46,312 nucleotides of DNA from a virus. A program made the position numbers and the translations under genes. The notes under the pieces were generated by a model. That model saw only the letters and a list, made by a program, of their open reading frames with translations, made no database searches and was not told the origin of the DNA. The stretch is taken from the IMG/VR virus record IMGVR_UViG_3300013016_000007. One strand, 5' to 3'. Shown in pieces: positions 36,617 through 42,432 of the stretch (positions within the stretch are counted from its first letter, which is position 1; the number at the start of each line of letters is the position of its first letter).

Positions 36617-37170
36617 TGAGCTGGATTAAAGATAAAATTGTTCAGATATTAAAAAATATGATCAGAGTTGGTAATGTTTCAAGTATCGATTATGAACGCG
36701 GAGCTGTGAAAGTGACCTTTCCAGATAAAGATAATATTGTTACAGATCTTCTTCCTTATCTTTCTTTTGAATATAATATGCCAGAGGTAGGGGATACTGT
36801 TTTATGTGTTTTCTTACCTAATGGAATTTCAAAAGGTTTTTGTCTGGGCCAGCCTTATAGTCTCAAAAATATGCCAAAGCAGCCCGGGCCACAGTACTAT
36901 TATAAAAACATCTATGACGAAGCCTTTTACCAGTACGATAAAAACTCAAAAACTTTAACCATAGACGCTGATAATATTGTGCTTAATGCAGCAACATCGA
37001 TTGTTTTTAAAGCTCCTACAATTACTCTTGATGGAGAAACAACTATAACTAAAAACTTAACTATTAATCAAAATCTTAATGTTAGTGGCACTATTTCTGC
37101 AGGTGGAGATATAACCTCAGGAGGATCAATTATTGATACAGCAGGCAACACTAACCACCATACTCATTAG
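36616..37170 (+). CDS. Baseplate spike protein (gpV-like)
   Basis: MIRVGNVSSIDYERGAVKVTFPDKDNIVTDLLPYL OB-fold N-terminus. C-terminal beta-helix-like repeats ending NTNHHTH. Confidence 0.7.
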   Translation: MSWIKDKIVQILKNMIRVGNVSSIDYERGAVKVTFPDKDNIVTDLLPYLSFEYNMPEVGDTVLCVFLPNGISKGFCLGQPYSLKNMPKQPGPQYYYKNIYDEAFYQYDKNSKTLTIDADNIVLNAATSIVFKAPTITLDGETTITKNLTINQNLNVSGTISAGGDITSGGSIIDTAGNTNHHTH

Positions 37171-37185
37171 AAATAAGGTGATTAT

Positions 37186-37584
37186 ATGATTGGATATTTT
37201 GGTCCGGTTATCTTCGAAACATCAGATAGTCGGATTTTGAATTTTAATGACTTATCTCATACAGCTTCTGCCAGTTATGAAAAACATCAGATTATTGGCC
37301 AAAAACCTAGAAGTGAATTTAGCAATCCCGATCTTGAAACGATTAGCTTTACAATTAACCTCAATGGAAACCACGGCGTTAAACCCCGAGATGAGATAGA
37401 AAAGTGGGCCAGCATTGTAAATCAAGGAGAAGCATATTCGCTTGTTATAGGCAGCAAGATAGTTGGGGACGATCTCTGGGTGTGCCAAAGCATAAGTTCA
37501 GCCTGGAATACTGTATTTAACCAGGGAGAATTATTTTCAGCAAAAATAGATGTCTCTCTTGAAGAATACATTTCGGAGATGTGA
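37186..37584 (+). CDS. Tail protein, P2 GpU-like
   Basis: FGPVIFETSD...YEKHQIIGQKPRSEFSNPDLETISFTINLNG...LVIGSKIVGDDLWVCQSIS fits the GpU-family pattern. Confidence 0.5.
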   Translation: MIGYFGPVIFETSDSRILNFNDLSHTASASYEKHQIIGQKPRSEFSNPDLETISFTINLNGNHGVKPRDEIEKWASIVNQGEAYSLVIGSKIVGDDLWVCQSISSAWNTVFNQGELFSAKIDVSLEEYISEM

Positions 37585-37892
37585 TGCAAATGATTGATAC
37601 AACCAAAATTAATTTAAATTTAAATGATGATCTTGAAGAATATCAGGAAGTTATAAGAAATGTAAAAACTATACTTACCACTCCAAAAGGAACAGTTGCT
37701 TTTGATAGAGAATTCGGAATCGACTGGTCTATTCTTGACCAACCGATGGCCCGGGCCAAAGGGCTTTTGACTGCAGAGTATGTTAAACAGGTAAGAAAAT
37801 ATGAACCCAGAGTAAAAGTTACTGAAGTATTATTTGAAGAACCGGATCAAGATGGAGTGTTAATACCTAAGGTGGTGTTAGAAAGTGGCTAA
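37581..37892 (+). CDS. Baseplate wedge protein (gpW / gp25-like)
   Basis: VKTILTTPKGTVAFDREFGIDWSILDQPM. 103 aa. Confidence 0.75.
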   Translation: MMQMIDTTKINLNLNDDLEEYQEVIRNVKTILTTPKGTVAFDREFGIDWSILDQPMARAKGLLTAEYVKQVRKYEPRVKVTEVLFEEPDQDGVLIPKVVLESG

Positions 37893-39033
37893 AATTCAAG
37901 AATTGCAACACTTGCCGGAAATAAATTTTGTAGAAACAGATGTAGAAACTATGCTGGCCGATGCTATAGAAAGTTATGAAAAAGCTTTTTATGATCAAAC
38001 TGGGAAAAAGAAAACCCTTGCCCCAGGTGATCCTGTTCGAATTTGGATTTATTCTCAAGTTTTGAAACAATACCAAACTAATTTGTTAATAGATAAAGTC
38101 GCAAAACAGAATTTGCTTTATTATTCCACAGGCGAAAAGTTAGAACATTTAGCTGCATTGTTAAGTGTCGATAAAGACGGACCGCAAAAAGCGATAACAA
38201 CTATGGAAATTACTCTTTCTGCAGCACAAGATAATGCAGTTCCTATAAAAGCCGGAACCAGAGTTACTCCTGGTAATAATATATTTTTTGAAACTACTGA
38301 ATATCAAGAAGTGCCGGCCGGGTCAACAACCTATGAATTTCAAGTTACTTGTACTGAAGCAGGAACAATTGGCAATGGTTTCACAGCTGGACAGATAGAT
38401 ACTCTTGTTGATCCAATACCTTATACTGAATCAATAACAAATATAGATACAAGTCAGAATGGAGCTGAGGAAGAAAGCGATGAAAGTCTGACCAGAAAAA
38501 CATATTTGAAGCCAGAGTCGTTTTCAGTTGCTGGCCCGGAGGGAGCATATATCTTTTTTGTCAAAGAGTTTAGTCAGAGCATTATTGATGTTGTGCCAAC
38601 TTCTCCATCGCCAGGAGTTGTGGATATTAGATTTATTTTAGAAAATGGAGAATTACCTGACCAGGCAATAATAGATTCTTTAGAAGAATATTTGGATTTC
38701 AAAAAACGAAGGCCACTTACGGATAATGTACAGGTAGGAGCTCCGGTCCAAGTTATGTATGATATAGATTTGACTTATTACATATCTTCAAATGATGAAG
38801 ATATTGCTCAGAATATACAAGATGCAGTTGATCAAGCTATATCTGATTATCAAAAATGGCAAAAAACAAAAATTGGCCGGGATATAAACCCGGATGAACT
38901 TAAAAGTAGAATAAAAGAAGCTGGAGCTAAAAGGTCTGTTGTTGCAGCACCAGTATTTACTCAAGTTCAGAAAACAGAGGTGGCAGCTGCAGCCAATATA
39001 ACTATTAATTATGGAGGTTTAGAAGATGAATAA
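37885..39033 (+). CDS. Baseplate J-like protein
   Basis: 382 aa following the gp25-like gene, with overlapping starts and stops. Confidence 0.75.
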   Translation: MAKIQELQHLPEINFVETDVETMLADAIESYEKAFYDQTGKKKTLAPGDPVRIWIYSQVLKQYQTNLLIDKVAKQNLLYYSTGEKLEHLAALLSVDKDGPQKAITTMEITLSAAQDNAVPIKAGTRVTPGNNIFFETTEYQEVPAGSTTYEFQVTCTEAGTIGNGFTAGQIDTLVDPIPYTESITNIDTSQNGAEEESDESLTRKTYLKPESFSVAGPEGAYIFFVKEFSQSIIDVVPTSPSPGVVDIRFILENGELPDQAIIDSLEEYLDFKKRRPLTDNVQVGAPVQVMYDIDLTYYISSNDEDIAQNIQDAVDQAISDYQKWQKTKIGRDINPDELKSRIKEAGAKRSVVAAPVFTQVQKTEVAAAANITINYGGLEDE

Positions 39034-39766
39034 TAAAATAGATGAAGTTAAACTTATTGAAATCTTACCTCCGAATTTAAGAGAAGATCCGGATATCATA
39101 GCAGCAAGCGAAAGCATAGACGCTGAACATCAAAAAACAGTAAGCAAAATAAATAAAGTTTTAACTGTTGGAGATATTGACAATGCAGAAGAAAAAGTTG
39201 TCGATCATTTAGCGCTGTCAGCTCATGCTGATTATTATGAACTCAGTTTACCAATTGAGAAAAAAAGAAAAATAGCAAAAAAAGCTTATATTTTGCATTA
39301 TACAAAGGGAACTCCTTTTGCGGTCGAACAAATTGTCAGTGATGCATTTGACAACGCTATTGTGGAAGAATGGTTTGAATATGATGGAGACCCTTATTAT
39401 TTCAGAATCCAAGTTGAGGATAGAATAACTGATCAAGAAGTCTTAAGAAAACTACTGAAAGCTATTAACTCAGCAAAAAATAAACGGTCCTGGTTAGAAT
39501 CAGTTAACATTAAGCGCGAAAACATTGCTAATTTATATTTTGCATCTTTTATGCATACTAATCAAAATGTCACTTTAAAACAGATTCCGGTCCAAGATGT
39601 TTATGATCCAGTTAATAATCTTTATGTTGCCGCAGTTAATAGACAATCTAAGGAATTGATTTTAAAACAAATACCTTTGCCCGAGGTTATAGAAAGTTCG
39701 GGCGCATTAAAAGTTGGAGTTGCAAACAGACAAAGTACTTATTTGAAATTATACACGGAGGTGTAA
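39026..39766 (+). CDS. Tail protein I-like (baseplate)
   Basis: N-terminus LIEILPPNLREDPDIIAASESID is typical of the P2 gpI family. Confidence 0.65.
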   Translation: MNNKIDEVKLIEILPPNLREDPDIIAASESIDAEHQKTVSKINKVLTVGDIDNAEEKVVDHLALSAHADYYELSLPIEKKRKIAKKAYILHYTKGTPFAVEQIVSDAFDNAIVEEWFEYDGDPYYFRIQVEDRITDQEVLRKLLKAINSAKNKRSWLESVNIKRENIANLYFASFMHTNQNVTLKQIPVQDVYDPVNNLYVAAVNRQSKELILKQIPLPEVIESSGALKVGVANRQSTYLKLYTEV

Positions 39767-40327
39767 ATGATGGCCCAGTTTAATAGTTTAACGATTACTC
39801 AAGATGGTTTAGAGCTGCAGTCAAAAGCTCAGACTGGTACTACTCTAAATTTTACTAGAGCAGCAGTTGGAGATGGAGAACTGCCGGATGGTACAAATTT
39901 AATTGATTTAAGTTCTTTGATAAATGAAAAGGAGTCTCTTAACCTTACCGATTTATTTGTAGACGGCAGCGGTAATGCTAGAGCCAGAGCTACTGTTTCT
40001 AATCAAGGTTTAGCCACTGGTTTTTATATCAGAGAGATTGGTCTTTTCGCTAACGATCCAGACAAAGGCGAAATTTTATATTGCGTAGCAAACGCCGGGC
40101 AGTATGCTGACTTTTTGCCGGCTGGAACTGGATCAGATATTGTAGAATCTACTCTTGATCTGGTAACTATTGTAGGTAATGCAGAAAATGTTACCGCTCA
40201 AATAGACGAAAGTTTAACTTATGTTACTGTAAAAGATATTAATGACAAATTAGATCTAGAGACTGCTGATCATCAATATAAATTAGTAGTTATTGACGGA
40301 TCACTTGTTTTAGAGGAGGTATTATAA
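39767..40327 (+). CDS. Tail fiber / tail-collar fiber protein
   Basis: MAQFNSLTITQDGLELQSKAQTGTTLNFTRAAVGDGELPDG is a tail-collar fiber type N-terminus. Confidence 0.65.
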   Translation: MMAQFNSLTITQDGLELQSKAQTGTTLNFTRAAVGDGELPDGTNLIDLSSLINEKESLNLTDLFVDGSGNARARATVSNQGLATGFYIREIGLFANDPDKGEILYCVANAGQYADFLPAGTGSDIVESTLDLVTIVGNAENVTAQIDESLTYVTVKDINDKLDLETADHQYKLVVIDGSLVLEEVL

Positions 40328-40645
40328 ATGAAAGGATTTCCTAAAAAATTAAAGACAAAAAAAGATTATGAAAATATCGTCGATGATTTCGGCTACACTC
40401 AAAAAGTAAAAGAAGCTTATCAGGCATTGTTAGAAACTGATCAGCATTATGTATTTGATAAAGAACTGGCAACTGAGGATGAAAGGACTGGCCCGCTCCC
40501 TGATTATAAAATAATGAAAGAAGATGATCAGGAAACCGAGACGGTTAAAATTGTTCAGTATAAATTAGTAGATAACCCTGACTCAAAGCTCAAAGAGTTA
40601 GGATTTACAGAATCTGAAGTTCAAGAGGTGATTGACTTATGCTAA
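40328..40645 (+). CDS. Hypothetical fiber-module protein
   Basis: 105 aa, acidic. Overlaps the start of the DGR target gene. Confidence 0.5.
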   Translation: MKGFPKKLKTKKDYENIVDDFGYTQKVKEAYQALLETDQHYVFDKELATEDERTGPLPDYKIMKEDDQETETVKIVQYKLVDNPDSKLKELGFTESEVQEVIDLC

Positions 40646-41685
40646 GTGTAGTAGGAGTAGATAGTCCTGCTTTTTACAACGCTGAAGGAAACATAGAAAA
40701 GACAACCGGAGTCCAGGGAGTAGATATTCCGGCCCTGGCATTAAGAATTAATAGGCAGAACTTAAAAATTGAATCAGCATCAGCACTAACTGCCTCAGAC
40801 AATGATGGCAGTTTTTCTAGTTTTGCGATGGGTACAGATTATTATATCTATGCCTGTCAACCAGCTGATGGTATTGAGCCAGACTTTGTGCTTTCGGCTA
40901 ACTCTACTTATCCAGATACAATTCCTTCTGGAGTTACGCCCAGTGCTGATAACACTCGGAAGATTGGTGGCTTTCATTATGGCCGGGTAAGGAACAGTTC
41001 TACAGCTTCTGATGTATCAGAAAGCATTGTACCTAACTCAGTTTGGGACCTTGTTAATCGTCCTAAATGTTCCCCTGAGGGGATGGCTAAGGTAGGAAAC
41101 CTTTGGGTAGATATTTATCTGGCATCTGATGATGGTAACGGTGGTGTTGAATCAAAATATAATGCGACACCTATAACCGGAACTGAAGGCTTAAGCTGGT
41201 ACAGTTTCGCTGAAAGGTTTGCCAAAGTTGATAAGAGGATGGCATCAATGTCAGAGTGGACAGCATTAGCTCAGGGCAGTCCTCAGGGTAACGATGGTGA
41301 CAATGTCAATGCCTGGTCTGCTACCAGCAACAGCAGTAGAACTGCAACTGGTACTGTAACCAATGCTATCAGTAATTATAATATTGTCGATTGTGCTGGT
41401 AATGTGTATGAGTGGTTGGATGAACTTTCTATTAGACAGGATAGTTCAGTGACTACCGACTGGCGCTGGTATGATCCCGATACTGACTTTGATGAAAGCA
41501 TCGAAAGCAATTGGAATGAGTTAGGAGATTTATATCTACCTAATGATAATGGTCTTACTGCTTTCAGAGCAGGTGGCGGCTGGGACTATGGTGTCCGCTG
41601 CGGTGCTCGTTCGGTCGACGTGGGCTACCGACCGTGGGGCGTGTTCTCGCTCCGCGGGTCTCGTGGTGTCTGTGATCCTCTGTAA
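40639..41685 (+). CDS. DGR target protein: receptor-binding tail fiber with C-terminal variable (C-type-lectin-like) region
   Basis: 348 aa. The last ~38 codons (AGGGWDYGVRCGARSVDVGYRPWGVFSLRGSRGVCDPL) form the VR. It is the last gene of the fiber module. Confidence 0.88.
   Translation: MLSVVGVDSPAFYNAEGNIEKTTGVQGVDIPALALRINRQNLKIESASALTASDNDGSFSSFAMGTDYYIYACQPADGIEPDFVLSANSTYPDTIPSGVTPSADNTRKIGGFHYGRVRNSSTASDVSESIVPNSVWDLVNRPKCSPEGMAKVGNLWVDIYLASDDGNGGVESKYNATPITGTEGLSWYSFAERFAKVDKRMASMSEWTALAQGSPQGNDGDNVNAWSATSNSSRTATGTVTNAISNYNIVDCAGNVYEWLDELSIRQDSSVTTDWRWYDPDTDFDESIESNWNELGDLYLPNDNGLTAFRAGGGWDYGVRCGARSVDVGYRPWGVFSLRGSRGVCDPL
41569..41685 (+). repeat. DGR variable repeat (VR) with IMH at its 3' end
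   Basis: nt 41570-41674 align without gaps to 42087-42191 (offset 517). There are 18 mismatches, all at TR adenines. The A-free GC-rich block CGGGTCTCGTGGTGTCTGTG is identical in both copies. Confidence 0.93.
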
Positions 41686-41767
41686 TTCGTGATTTGATAA
41701 TCTGTCTTTTTATAAGGTGTGAATACTTATCAAAAATTTTACAATACATCAAAAAGTATATGATTTT

Positions 41768-42064
41768 ATGGTTTGGTTTTTCCCGATTGTAGATAACTTT
41801 CCGAAGTACGAAAAATTTGTACTTTGTACTCAAATTAAGAATTCAATACTTGATATCTCAAAAATTATTATTGAAGCAAATAAATCTAGAGGTAGCAAAG
41901 TTAGATTTCTGCACCGGGTAGATGTCAGACTTGAACAATTAAGAATGCTGATCAGATTTTCTCACAAAAGAAGATATTTAAATGATTCTAAATATGAAAA
42001 TGCATCTAAAAAAGTCAATGAAATAGGCCGCATGCTTGGAGGTTGGATCAAGTCGTGCGATTAA
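41768..42064 (+). CDS. avd: Accessory variability determinant (Avd), four-helix-bundle family
   Basis: ...VYDFMVWFFPIVDNFPKYEKFVLCTQIKNSILDISKIIIEANKSR... matches the Avd pattern. The frame is open from 41723 and the conserved helix 1 begins upstream of the first ATG (41768). Confidence 0.8.
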   Translation: MVWFFPIVDNFPKYEKFVLCTQIKNSILDISKIIIEANKSRGSKVRFLHRVDVRLEQLRMLIRFSHKRRYLNDSKYENASKKVNEIGRMLGGWIKSCD

Positions 42065-42085
42065 ATATTTGGGGTTAAGAGCGTT

Positions 42086-42200
42086 ACAGGTGGCAACTGG
42101 AACAATGGTGTCCACTGCGGTGCTCGTTCGGTCAACGTGAACAACCAACCGTGGAACGTGAACTCGAACAACGGGTCTCGTGGTGTCTGTGCTCTTCATG
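42086..42200 (+). repeat. DGR template repeat (TR) with IMH*-like 3' end
   Basis: Non-coding, starting 22 nt after the avd stop. Has 24 adenines in 42087-42191. In the VR frame it reads (ACA) GGT GGC AAC TGG AAC AAT ... with nine AAC codons. Confidence 0.93.
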
Positions 42201-42371
42201 CAAAAATCTTTCAGACAGTAGTGGTTACGGCCACTGCTGCAGTGTTTCTAGAAATGAGGAACAGGCTTTTAATCCCTGCTGAGATACTTTTTAAGTCAAT
42301 CCAGCAAAAAATTTAGATTGCTGGCCAGGCAGCAAGTATTGAAAAATAGAAAGTTGTCACAGTCAGCGACT

Positions 42372-42403
42372 GCCCGTTCTCATTTGAGCGGGCTTTTAAT
42401 TTT
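42372..42403 (+). terminator. Terminator-like hairpin between TR and the RT gene
   Basis: GCCCGTTC (42372-42379) pairs with GAGCGGGC (42386-42393): 8 bp including one G-U pair, 6-nt loop, then TTTTAATTTT. Confidence 0.5.
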
Positions 42404-42432
42404 CACCCACAAATAAAGAAAGTGGTGATAAT

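Noticed and set aside
4007-37488. Many other minus-strand track ORFs inside + strand operons (for example 4007..4192, 5134..5400, 6006..6332, 10563..10886, 12182..12559, 22966..23253, 35782..36123, 37252..37488)
   Set aside because: Each is fully embedded antisense in a longer + strand gene with recognisable function or operon context. Their peptides are low-complexity and typical of AT-rich shadow frames.
2206-40990. Out-of-frame or antisense + strand track ORFs (2206..2424, 6058..6336, 18403..18603, 22973..23287, 40802..40990)
   Set aside because: They overlap stronger genes in another frame or strand and have no independent RBS or motif support.
41564-42199. Minus-strand track ORFs 41564..41833 (89 aa) and 41978..42199 (73 aa) lying over the VR and TR
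   Set aside because: They are antisense shadows of the GC-rich repeats. They have no RBS, they overlap well-supported + strand genes (target, avd), and the TR is non-coding in all characterised DGRs.
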